From: Alphaproteobacteria bacterium
GTDB lineage: Bacteria; Pseudomonadota; Alphaproteobacteria; JAAXGF01
Assembly (NCBI GenBank): GCA_963555825.3
Contig: CAUVXB020000002.1
Span: 1,824,001-1,888,000, forward strand
Length of the DNA stretch: 64,000 nucleotides
Direction: 5' to 3'
Shown piece by piece: positions 20,633-29,132 of the stretch (the first letter of the stretch is position 1; every line of letters begins with the position of its first letter). The notes beneath the pieces were generated by a model. It ran no database searches, was not told the origin of the DNA, and worked only from the letters and a program-made list of their open reading frames with translations. The position numbers and the translations under genes are program-made.

Positions 20633-20692
20633 ATCCACAGAATTCCACGTAAATTTTGTGGATTATTGCTATAATTCCACGTAAATTTCCAC
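20633..20692. promoter_or_regulatory. Putative DeoR operator array
   Basis: AATTCCACGTAAATTT repeated exactly at 20641 and 20673 in a divergent promoter region. Confidence 0.6.
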
Positions 20693-20719
20693 GATCGTCA
20701 TCGTTCGGGGCCCGTCATC

Positions 20720-21487
20720 ATGCTCATGCCCGACCGCCAATCAGCCATCCTGAAGGCCGTCACCGAACAGGGTAGCTGCCGGGTGGCGGCGCTCGCGGCG
20801 GCGCTCGGCGTCTCGGGCGAAACGATCCGCCGCGACGTCGCCGAGATGGCGCGCGACGGTTTGGTGCGCAAGGTTCATGGCGGCGTCGGCCTGCCCGATC
20901 CGCTGCGCGAATCGGGGTTTCGCCATCGCCTGCGCCAGAATGCCGACGCCAAGCGGCGTATCGCCCAGGCCGCCGCCCGAGAGATCCGCGACGGCGCCGC
21001 GATCATGATGGATACCGGCTCGACGACGGCTTATGTCGCCGAGGCGCTGCGCGACCACCGCGGTTTGACGGTCATGACCAACTCGGTCGACATCGCGCAT
21101 GGCTTGGCGACGCGCAACGGCAACCGCGTGTTCATGGCCGGCGGCGAGCTGCGCGCCGACGACGGCGCGGCGCTGGGCCCCGGCGTTGCCGGCTTCATCG
21201 GTCAGTTCCGCGCGCATGTCGCGGTGCTCTCGGTCGGCGCCATCGACATCGAGGACGGCGCGATGGACTACCACTACTCGGAGGCCGAGTACTCGCGCGT
21301 CGTCGTCGAGCGCGCCGAGCGCACCATCGTCGTCGCCGACCGCACCAAGTTCGGCATCCGCACGCTGGTGCGGATCGCCGGCTTCGACGCCATTGACACG
21401 CTGATCACCGATGCCTCGCCGCCGCCGCCGTTCGCCGACCGCCTGGCCGCCCATGATGTCCGGGTGGTGGTCGCCGACCCGGCCTGA
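20720..21487 (+). CDS. DeoR/GlpR family transcriptional regulator
   Basis: VSGETIRRD, VHGG, DTGSTT, AD.TKF. Confidence 0.93.
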   Translation: MLMPDRQSAILKAVTEQGSCRVAALAAALGVSGETIRRDVAEMARDGLVRKVHGGVGLPDPLRESGFRHRLRQNADAKRRIAQAAAREIRDGAAIMMDTGSTTAYVAEALRDHRGLTVMTNSVDIAHGLATRNGNRVFMAGGELRADDGAALGPGVAGFIGQFRAHVAVLSVGAIDIEDGAMDYHYSEAEYSRVVVERAERTIVVADRTKFGIRTLVRIAGFDAIDTLITDASPPPPFADRLAAHDVRVVVADPA

Positions 21488-21579
21488 CGCGCCGGCGATT
21501 TCGGCGTCCAATCACCGCCGATCTGATACACTCGCGCGCCAGCGCCGGGGGGCGGCGGCATGGGGAGCAGGGAGCTTCA

Positions 21580-22335
21580 ATGGCGCTCTTGGAAGTTCGC
21601 GATCTAAGCCGGCACTTCGGTGGCCTGGCCGCCGTCGACGGCCTGAGCTTCGGCGTCGAGGAAGGCGAGATCCGCGGTCTGATCGGCCCCAACGGCGCCG
21701 GCAAGACGACGACCTTCAACGTCATCAGCGGTTATTACCCGCCGACCGCCGGCGACGTCGTCTACCGCGGCGAGACGATCGCCCGGCTCAAGACCAGCGA
21801 TATCGCGGCGCGCGGCCTGGTGCGCACCTTCCAGTCGACGACGCTGTTTCAGGAGTTCAGCCTGCGCGACAACGTCTTGGTCGGCTGTCACCTTCACGCC
21901 CGCGTCGGCGCGCTCGGCGCGATCCTCGGCACCGGCCGGCGCGCCGAGGCGCGTGCCGCGGAGAGGGCCGACGAAATCCTCGCGTTCATGGGCTTGGACG
22001 GCCGCGCCGACGAACGCGCGTCGGACCTGCCGCACGGCCACCAGCGCACGCTGGGCATCGCCGTGGCGCTCGCCGCCGATCCCAAGCTGTTGCTGCTCGA
22101 CGAGCCGTTCACCGGCATGAACCCCGAGGAGACACGCCGGATGATGGCGCTGGTCAAGCGCGTGCGCGACGAGCGCGGTGTCACGATCCTGCTCGTCGAG
22201 CACGACATGCAGGCGGTCATGGGGTTGTGCGAAAAGATCACCGTGCTCAGCTTCGGCCGGCTTCTGGCCGAGGGTTCGCCGGCCGAGATCCGTGCCAACG
22301 ACGACGTCATCGAGGCCTATTTGGGCGCCGCCTGA
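21580..22335 (+). CDS. Branched-chain amino acid-type ABC ATPase (LivG-like)
   Basis: FGGLAAVD, GPNGAGKTT, RTFQ, VIEAYLG. Confidence 0.9.
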   Translation: MALLEVRDLSRHFGGLAAVDGLSFGVEEGEIRGLIGPNGAGKTTTFNVISGYYPPTAGDVVYRGETIARLKTSDIAARGLVRTFQSTTLFQEFSLRDNVLVGCHLHARVGALGAILGTGRRAEARAAERADEILAFMGLDGRADERASDLPHGHQRTLGIAVALAADPKLLLLDEPFTGMNPEETRRMMALVKRVRDERGVTILLVEHDMQAVMGLCEKITVLSFGRLLAEGSPAEIRANDDVIEAYLGAA

Positions 22336-22336
22336 C

Positions 22337-23044
22337 ATGCTGTTCCGCCTGGCCGATATCCATGTGCATTACAACAAGGTCGCCGCGCTCAGAGGCGTCT
22401 CGATCGAGGTCGGCGCGGGCGATATCGTGACCCTGATCGGCGCCAACGGCGCGGGCAAGTCGACGACGCTGCGCGCGATCTCGGGCCTGACGCCGCCGAG
22501 CGCCGGCGAGATCTGGTTCGACGGCCGGCGCATCGACGGCCTGGCGACCGAGAAGATCGTCCGGCTCGGCATCGCCCATGTGCCGGAAGGCCGCCGCGTC
22601 TTCCCCGACCTGACGGTCGCCGAGAACCTGCAGATCGGCGCCTATCTCAGGCGCGACAAGGTCCAGATGGCGCGCGACCTCGACGACGTCTTCAGCCACT
22701 TCCCGATCCTCGCCGAGCGGCGCGGCCAGTCGGGCAAGAAGCTGTCGGGCGGCGAGCAGCAGATGCTCGCCATGGGCCGCGCGTTGATGGCGGCGCCGCG
22801 GCTGCTGCTGCTCGACGAACCGTCGCTCGGCCTGTCGCCCGTCATGGTGCAGAAAATCGCCACGATCGTTATCGACATCAACGCCAAGGGCGTGGCGGTC
22901 ATCCTGGTCGAACAGAACGCCGAGCTGGCGCTTCGCCTGGCACGCTACGGCTATGTGCTCGAGACCGGCCGCGTCGCGCTCGAGGGCCCGGCCGTCGAGC
23001 TGCACGAGCACGCCCATGTCAGGAAGGTCTACCTTGGTGGTTGA
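22337..23044 (+). CDS. Branched-chain amino acid-type ABC ATPase (LivF-like)
   Basis: GANGAGKST, VPEGRRVF, LSGGEQQMLA, DEPSLGL. Confidence 0.9.
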   Translation: MLFRLADIHVHYNKVAALRGVSIEVGAGDIVTLIGANGAGKSTTLRAISGLTPPSAGEIWFDGRRIDGLATEKIVRLGIAHVPEGRRVFPDLTVAENLQIGAYLRRDKVQMARDLDDVFSHFPILAERRGQSGKKLSGGEQQMLAMGRALMAAPRLLLLDEPSLGLSPVMVQKIATIVIDINAKGVAVILVEQNAELALRLARYGYVLETGRVALEGPAVELHEHAHVRKVYLGG

Positions 23045-23684
23045 CGCGCGTGGGGCGGCTGACGCGCGTCGTTGGGTGCTCGCCGACCAGCTGTGGGAGC
23101 GCCTCGTCGAGGCCGGCTTGGCGGCGTTCGACGCGGGCCGCCTCGATGACGCCGGCGCGCTGTGGATTTCCGCCCTGGCGCATGCCGAGCGCTTCGCCGG
23201 CGACGATCCCAGGCGCGCGACCGCGCTCAACAACATCGCCGCCGTGCGGCATCTGCGCGGCGGCGCGGCCGAGGCCGAGCACTTCTATCGCGCCGCGCTC
23301 GACGCCTGGGCCGCCGCCGAGCCCTGGATCGAGGCCATGGCGATCGCGCCCCGGGCGCGCTCCTCGCTGTTCCACCTGCGGCTCGAAGAGAAGCACCGGG
23401 CCGGCTATCATCGCATCGCGCGCGGCGAGCTGCGCAAGCTGCTCGACGAAGGCCGCGCGACATGCCTCGCCAACCTGGCGGCGCTGTGTCGGTCCGCCGG
23501 CCACGGCGCGGACGCCGCGGTGCTCGAGGCGGAAGCCGCGGAACGCGCGCCGCGCGGCGTGAAACCGGGGCTGGCGCGATGGGCCGTGCTGGCGCCGCCC
23601 GGGCCGTGCGACGAACGCAAACTGGCGGCGGCGGCGTTATTGCTGGCGCAGCCTGCAGGACAACCCGACGAGACTGCGCCATGA
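23037..23684 (+). CDS. TPR-like hypothetical protein
   Basis: DPRRATALNNIA...AEHFYRAAL TPR-like helix pair; overlaps the end of the livF-like gene. Confidence 0.6.
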   Translation: MVDARGAADARRWVLADQLWERLVEAGLAAFDAGRLDDAGALWISALAHAERFAGDDPRRATALNNIAAVRHLRGGAAEAEHFYRAALDAWAAAEPWIEAMAIAPRARSSLFHLRLEEKHRAGYHRIARGELRKLLDEGRATCLANLAALCRSAGHGADAAVLEAEAAERAPRGVKPGLARWAVLAPPGPCDERKLAAAALLLAQPAGQPDETAP

Positions 23685-23776
23685 CAGAGCACCTGGCGGG
23701 TGGTAGAGACCCAGGTGATTTCTTCGTAGCGGACCGACCGAATTCGCCGATACGCGAATTTTACTTGTCTTATTTT

Positions 23777-23793
23777 GATAGTACCATTATCAT
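23777..23793. promoter_or_regulatory. Putative ArsR operator
   Basis: Imperfect inverted repeat TGATAG-TACCA-TTATCA immediately upstream of arsR. Confidence 0.4.
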
Positions 23794-23799
23794 AGTAGT

Positions 23800-24144
23800 A
23801 TGGAATCAACTCAAGCCATCGACGCCCTCGTGGCGCTCGGCCAGGAAACGCGGCTCGCGGCCTATCGGCTACTCGTCGAAGTCGGGCCTAGGGGTCTGCC
23901 GTCGGGGGAAATTGCAACGCGACTGGAGATTTGTCCTTCCACGATGTCTCATCACCTGGCGCAGCTGGAAAGGGCAGGTTTGCTCCGGTCATCGCGCGAA
24001 AACCGACATATTCTGTACGCGGTCGACTGGGACAGCACCGACCAGCTCCTTCAATTCCTTACCGAGGATTGCTGCAAGCTCCACCCCGAGGCGCGTGATG
24101 ACCTGCGCGTGATGGCGACCGCGCGTGACGCCGTCCAGCCGTGA
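23800..24144 (+). CDS. arsR: ArsR family repressor with C-terminal CC
   Basis: ALGQETRL, STMSHHL..LERAGL, FLTEDCC. Confidence 0.88.
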   Translation: MESTQAIDALVALGQETRLAAYRLLVEVGPRGLPSGEIATRLEICPSTMSHHLAQLERAGLLRSSRENRHILYAVDWDSTDQLLQFLTEDCCKLHPEARDDLRVMATARDAVQP

Positions 24145-24171
24145 CGGAGCAACCGATTTGGAGGGAAAACA

Positions 24172-24600
24172 ATGAAGCGCATTCACATTGGTCTGGAAGT
24201 CAAGGACCTGGAAGCTTCAATCGACTTTTACTCGGGCCTGTTTGGCGCCCAACCGTCGCATCGAGAGACGGATTACGCCAAGTGGATGCTGGAAGACCCC
24301 CGGGTAAATTTTGCCATCCAGTGCCTAGGGGCTGAACCGGTCGGCAGTGTCCACTTTGGCGTCCAGGTCGAAAATAGAGACGAGTTGGCCGAGTGCACGC
24401 GCTGGCTGAAAGAAGCTGGCGAGACCGTGTTGTCAGAACCCGGCGCGGAATGTTGTTACTACGTATCCGACAAAGTCTGGGTGGCGGACCCCGATGCCTT
24501 TCGCTGGGAGACATTCCTGACTCTTGGTCGACACACGGAATACGGCGAAAGCCGCGGAATTCCACTCGATAGTGCGACCGGAAAGGAGATCGTACGATGA
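24172..24600 (+). CDS. ArsI/CadI family VOC protein (C-As lyase-like)
   Basis: MKRIH, DYAKWMLEDPRVNF, HFG, vicinal CCY, DK.WV.DP, WETF. Confidence 0.85.
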   Translation: MKRIHIGLEVKDLEASIDFYSGLFGAQPSHRETDYAKWMLEDPRVNFAIQCLGAEPVGSVHFGVQVENRDELAECTRWLKEAGETVLSEPGAECCYYVSDKVWVADPDAFRWETFLTLGRHTEYGESRGIPLDSATGKEIVR

Positions 24601-25034
24601 AACGTGCGCACATTTGCCTCATCGTGAAGAACATCGACGCCAACGTGACGTTCTATACGAGCCTATTCGGCGAGCCGCCAACCGTCCTGAAGCCGGATTA
24701 CGCCAAGTGGCGACTCGAGGATCCGAAGCTCAACTTCAGCATCGACGCCCATGGCGATGAGCCCGGCCTCGATCATCTTGGAATCGAGCTCGAATCCGCG
24801 GAAATGGTGACCGCTGCCCTCGAGGACTACAGGCAAGGCGGCATCGATGTGTTCGGCGAGACACAAATTGTGTGCGGCTATCACAGGACCGACAAGGGTT
24901 GGGTTACCGATCCACAGGCTGTCCTTTGGGAGACGTTCTTCTCCCCCGAGGTCACGCCACACTATGGGTCTCTCAACGAGGAAGTCACCGCGGAGGTAGA
25001 AAAGCGAACGCAAGAGATTGCCGACTCGGCCTGA
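24597..25034 (+). CDS. Second ArsI/CadI-like VOC protein (CGY in place of CCY)
   Basis: DYAKWRLEDPKLNF, DHLGI, DKGWVTDP, WETF. Confidence 0.8.
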   Translation: MKRAHICLIVKNIDANVTFYTSLFGEPPTVLKPDYAKWRLEDPKLNFSIDAHGDEPGLDHLGIELESAEMVTAALEDYRQGGIDVFGETQIVCGYHRTDKGWVTDPQAVLWETFFSPEVTPHYGSLNEEVTAEVEKRTQEIADSA

Positions 25035-25183
25035 GCACGTAATCGGAAATCAGGCGTGTTGTAAACCGACCTCCTTTCGCTCCGGACCCCTTTACGAATC
25101 GGTCGAACGCGGTTCGAACGTCGAATCTTCGATCGCGTCTTCGTCCTCCAGAACCCGGGCCAGCCGGAACTCGATCGGGAGAC

Positions 25184-26083
25184 ATGTCAATGAGCTACCC
25201 GACGCATAGGCGCCACGGTTCGGTTCTCGTCTTCGACGGCCCGAGCTCGAACCTGCAAGCGACTCAGGCGTTGTTTTCGGAAGCGGATCGCCTTGGCATA
25301 GCTCTGGAAAATATCATCTGCACCGGCGATGTCGTGTCCTATTGTGGCTCGCCGCAGGAGACGGTCGATCTGATTCGGGAAAAGGGCGTGACCGTCATCC
25401 AAGGAAACTGCGAACAATCAATCGGGGACGATTCCGATGAGTGCAGCTGTGGCTATGACCCGAACAGCGTCTGCGATTTGCTATCGCGGCAGTGGCACGC
25501 CTATGCGCGGACGCATCTTGACGACGCGGCCAAGGCATGGTTGCGCCGACGACCACGGCAATTGGCCCTTGAAATCGGTGGCCGTCGCCTTGCCGTCGTG
25601 CACGGACATTTCGGTACTTTGGCCCCGAACCTTACATTCTACCCCTCGACTCCGAGAAGCCAGAAGGCTAGCGAAATCGACGCATTCGGCGCCGATGGAA
25701 TTATCGTCGGCCACACCGCACTACCCTTTGTCGAGCTCGTCGGTACACGGCTCTGGCTAAACACCGGCAATATTGGCTTTCCCGCCAACGACGGAACGCC
25801 ACGCGGTTGGTACAGCTTGATCCATGAGCGCGGGGATGGCCTGGAGATCGAGATTCGAGCCCTTCACTACGAATACAAAATGGCGGTCCACGCTATGCGG
25901 GCAAATGGCCTGGATAACGCTTACGCCGAAGCTCTCGAGACTGGGGTGTGGCCGGGTATGGACGGCGTGCCGGAACCAGACCGGGCTGGTCGCGGCCGTC
26001 CACTGCAGGAAAGGCGCCTGATGTGGCCTAGCCGGGTTTCGGCTGGACCGGATCCTTTAGCTGCTCCAGTGGCATCACCTTGA
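25184..26083 (+). CDS. Cys-rich metallophosphoesterase
   Basis: TGDVV, GNCE, CSCG...CD, VHG, GHT, NTG. Confidence 0.8.
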   Translation: MSMSYPTHRRHGSVLVFDGPSSNLQATQALFSEADRLGIALENIICTGDVVSYCGSPQETVDLIREKGVTVIQGNCEQSIGDDSDECSCGYDPNSVCDLLSRQWHAYARTHLDDAAKAWLRRRPRQLALEIGGRRLAVVHGHFGTLAPNLTFYPSTPRSQKASEIDAFGADGIIVGHTALPFVELVGTRLWLNTGNIGFPANDGTPRGWYSLIHERGDGLEIEIRALHYEYKMAVHAMRANGLDNAYAEALETGVWPGMDGVPEPDRAGRGRPLQERRLMWPSRVSAGPDPLAAPVASP

Positions 26084-26394
26084 ATCGGCCGTGCAGATGA
26101 AGCAGTCCGTGTTTTCGACCACTACCCAGAAATTTTCGAAGCATGCAGGCCTGTTCCGCCGTCGACACGTCTTTCGGAACTGAGTGCCCACGGAGATCCG
26201 CTGGGACGGTTGCCGAAGTTAGTGGGTCGTGGTCATTCCGCTCGGATGCAGCCAAGACGCCGCAGCGCCCAAGAAGACCTGATTGAAAGGTCCGTTCGAA
26301 ATCATGTCGGAAGCGTTCCTGACGAAGGAATATGAGGCCATGTACAGCATCGATGCTGCTGGCGAAAAAGTCACGAAATCGGAGGAGCCTTGAT

Positions 26395-27286
26395 ATGTCG
26401 GACTATAGCCATCCCACGTTGTTTCCAGGTTTCGTCGAGAAAAGAATCAAAACGAGCCAAGCCGAGATCAATCTGGTCGTCGGTGGCGATGGCCCGCCCT
26501 TGTTGCTGCTCCACGGCAACCCGCAGACACACGTCATTTGGCACAAGGTTGCCCCGCGTCCCGCGGCATTTCACCGTTGTCGCGACGGATTCGCGAGGTT
26601 ACGGGGACAGCTCCAAGCCGCACGGGGAACCGGACCACTCGACCTATTCGAAACGGGCGCTGGCGTTGGATCAAGTCGAATTGATGGAAACTCTGGGCTT
26701 CACAAGCTTTCATGTCGCTGGCCATGATCGGGGCGGCCGGGTCGCCCATCGCATGGTTCTCGATCACCCGGACCGGGTAAGCAAGGTCGCGTTCCTCGAT
26801 ATCGTGCCGTCCTACGATCTGTACCGGCAAACAAACAAGGAGTTCGCCATCTCTCATTGGAGCAACTTCTTTTACATGCAGCCCTATGATCTGCCGGAGC
26901 GGCTGATTGCCGGCGATCCGGAGTATTTTATCCGCAGAAATCTCATGGACTTCGCCGACGCGGAAGCGGTCTTCCCCGAGGCAGCCGTCGCCGAATATGT
27001 GAGATGTTTTACGCCGGCAGCGGTTCACGCGGCTTGTGAGGACTACCGGGCGAGCTTCAGCATCGACGACGAGCACGATACGGCGGACCGGCACCTCAAA
27101 ATCCGCTGTCCGACCCTCGTGTTGTGGGGACTGAAGGGTGCCTGTGAGACGTGTTTCGACATCAGGAGTATTTGGCAGGATCGCGCTGACGACGTGGTCT
27201 ACAAGGCGCTCGACACGGACCACTACCTTGCCGAGGAGGACCCTGATGGAACCTTCGAAGCGCTCCACGGGTTCTTCGGGTCATAG
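26395..27286 (+). pseudogene. Haloacetate dehalogenase-like alpha/beta hydrolase with a frameshift near 26560
   Basis: [10 protein letters not shown] in one frame; [15 protein letters not shown] and CEDYRA in another. Confidence 0.8.
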
Positions 27287-27337
27287 GTGGACAGAGTTTT
27301 TTGAAGGGACCAACATGCCGCACAGGAAGACCGGAGT

Positions 27338-27823
27338 ATGCACGAAGATTTTCTGATCGAAGTCAACGATTTTTTCGGCCGGGCCACGGCGGCGACCTAT
27401 GCCGGCAGCGGTCCTCGGGTCGCGTCCGAGCGGAGTGGCTTCCAGGAGCTGGTCTTCGAGGACGGCGACTGGTCCTACCGAGACAGCTACACCGGCGACA
27501 TCCGGTCGCGCGGCCAGGAGATCATCCGCTACCGGGGAGATCCGGTCTGGGCGCAGTCCTATGGCGGCGGCATGGAGGGCCGTTTCGCCCGGGATCGTGA
27601 CCTGTCCGACAGAAACATGGCATTTCTCAAAACAGCGCTCTCGAGCGGCGATAAACGCACCAGGTTTCAGCCGCGGGGACCGCGCGAGCTGGTCCATGGG
27701 GACTGGCGTTACGCTGCGGAGTGGGTGGGCGATATCGTCGAGTTCCGCGGTGCCGAGGAGATCCACCATCAAGGAGGGCTTGTCTTTACTCACAAGTTCA
27801 TCGGCGGCCTGATTGAGCCCTGA
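27338..27823 (+). CDS. DUF5680-like hypothetical protein
   Basis: TYAG.G, YRDSY.G, G.E, W..SY.G, RGP, F.G.E.I pattern recalled from this family. Confidence 0.6.
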   Translation: MHEDFLIEVNDFFGRATAATYAGSGPRVASERSGFQELVFEDGDWSYRDSYTGDIRSRGQEIIRYRGDPVWAQSYGGGMEGRFARDRDLSDRNMAFLKTALSSGDKRTRFQPRGPRELVHGDWRYAAEWVGDIVEFRGAEEIHHQGGLVFTHKFIGGLIEP

Positions 27824-27826
27824 TTG

Positions 27827-28528
27827 ATGACCGACGCACCGACGACGCCCGAATTCGACCTGCCGCGGCGGCTCGCCGCCGAGGCGATCGGCACCGCCAT
27901 TCTGCTCGCCGGCATCGTCGGTTCGGGCATCATGGCCGAACGTCTGGCGGGCGGCAACGAGGCGATCGCGCTGCTCGCCAACATGGCCGCGACGGGCGCC
28001 ATCCTGACCGTCCTGATCCTCGTCTTCGGGCCGATTTCGGGCGCCCATTTCAACCCGGCGGTGACCGTCTCCTTCGTCATGCAGCGCACGCTCGGCCCGG
28101 GCACGGCGGCGGCCTATATCGGCGTGCAGATCGTCGCCGCGCTGGTCGGCGTCGCGCTGGCGCATCTGATGTTCGATGAGCCGATCATCCAGGCCGCGGT
28201 CAAGACGCGCAGCAGTCCCGGCATCTGGGCCGCCGAGGTCGTCGCCACCGCCGGGCTGGTGGCGACCATCATCGGCTGCGTCCGCTTCCGGCCCGAGGCG
28301 GTCGCCTACGCGGTCGGCCTCTACATCTCGGCCGGCTACTGGTTCACGGCCTCGACCTCGTTCGCCAACCCGGCGGTGACCATCGGGCGCGCCTTCACCG
28401 ACAGCTTTACCGGTATCCGCGCCGCCGATGCGCCGGCCTTCATCGTCGCCGAGTTGATCGGCGCGGTTGCCGTCACGCTGCTGTTCCGCTGGTTGCTGGC
28501 GGACCGGCGAAACGACCCCGACATTTAG
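27827..28528 (+). CDS. MIP family aquaporin (AqpS-like, arsenic-associated)
   Basis: GSGIMAE, SGAHFNPAV, YWFTASTSFANPAV. Confidence 0.9.
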   Translation: MTDAPTTPEFDLPRRLAAEAIGTAILLAGIVGSGIMAERLAGGNEAIALLANMAATGAILTVLILVFGPISGAHFNPAVTVSFVMQRTLGPGTAAAYIGVQIVAALVGVALAHLMFDEPIIQAAVKTRSSPGIWAAEVVATAGLVATIIGCVRFRPEAVAYAVGLYISAGYWFTASTSFANPAVTIGRAFTDSFTGIRAADAPAFIVAELIGAVAVTLLFRWLLADRRNDPDI

Positions 28529-29132
28529 GTCCCGCATCTCGGGGAGGGAGGCAACCATGGCCGATCGCGAGATTTCCACCGAGACCGTCGCGGCCGCCGA
28601 GCGGCTCGCCGCGGTCGAGTTCACGCCGGCCGAGCGCGCGCAGATGCTCGGCAAGCTCGACGAGCATGTCGGCCGGGCCCGCGCGCGGCGCGCCTTCGAA
28701 CCGGCCAACGGGCTGGGCCCGGCAGTCGTCTTCGACCCCCGCCTGCCGGGTGTCGCGCTGGCGCCCAACGACGGCGGCTTCCACCCGTCCGAACCGGCGC
28801 CGACGCCGTTGCCGGCGCGAGACGTGGACATCGCCTTCGCGCCGGTCAGCCAACTTGGCGCCTGGCTGCGTCGCGGCGACATCACCAGCACGCGGTTGAC
28901 CGGGATTTATCTCGAGCGGCTCAAGCGCATCGGCGCGACGCTCGAATGCACGGTGACGTCGACCCGCGAGCTGGCCATGGCGCAGGCCGCCAAGGCCAAC
29001 GCGGAGATCACTGCGGGACGCTACCGCGGGCCGCTGCACGGCGTGCCCTGGGGCGCCAAGGATCTCTTGGACACCGACGGCATCGCGACGACCTGGGGCG
29101 CGACACCGTACAAGGACCGTGTCGCCACGCGC

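Noticed and set aside
26084-26394. 310-bp intergenic gap with partial complementarity (GACCAC/GTGGTC)
   Set aside because: Pairing too short to distinguish from chance; no credible ORF.
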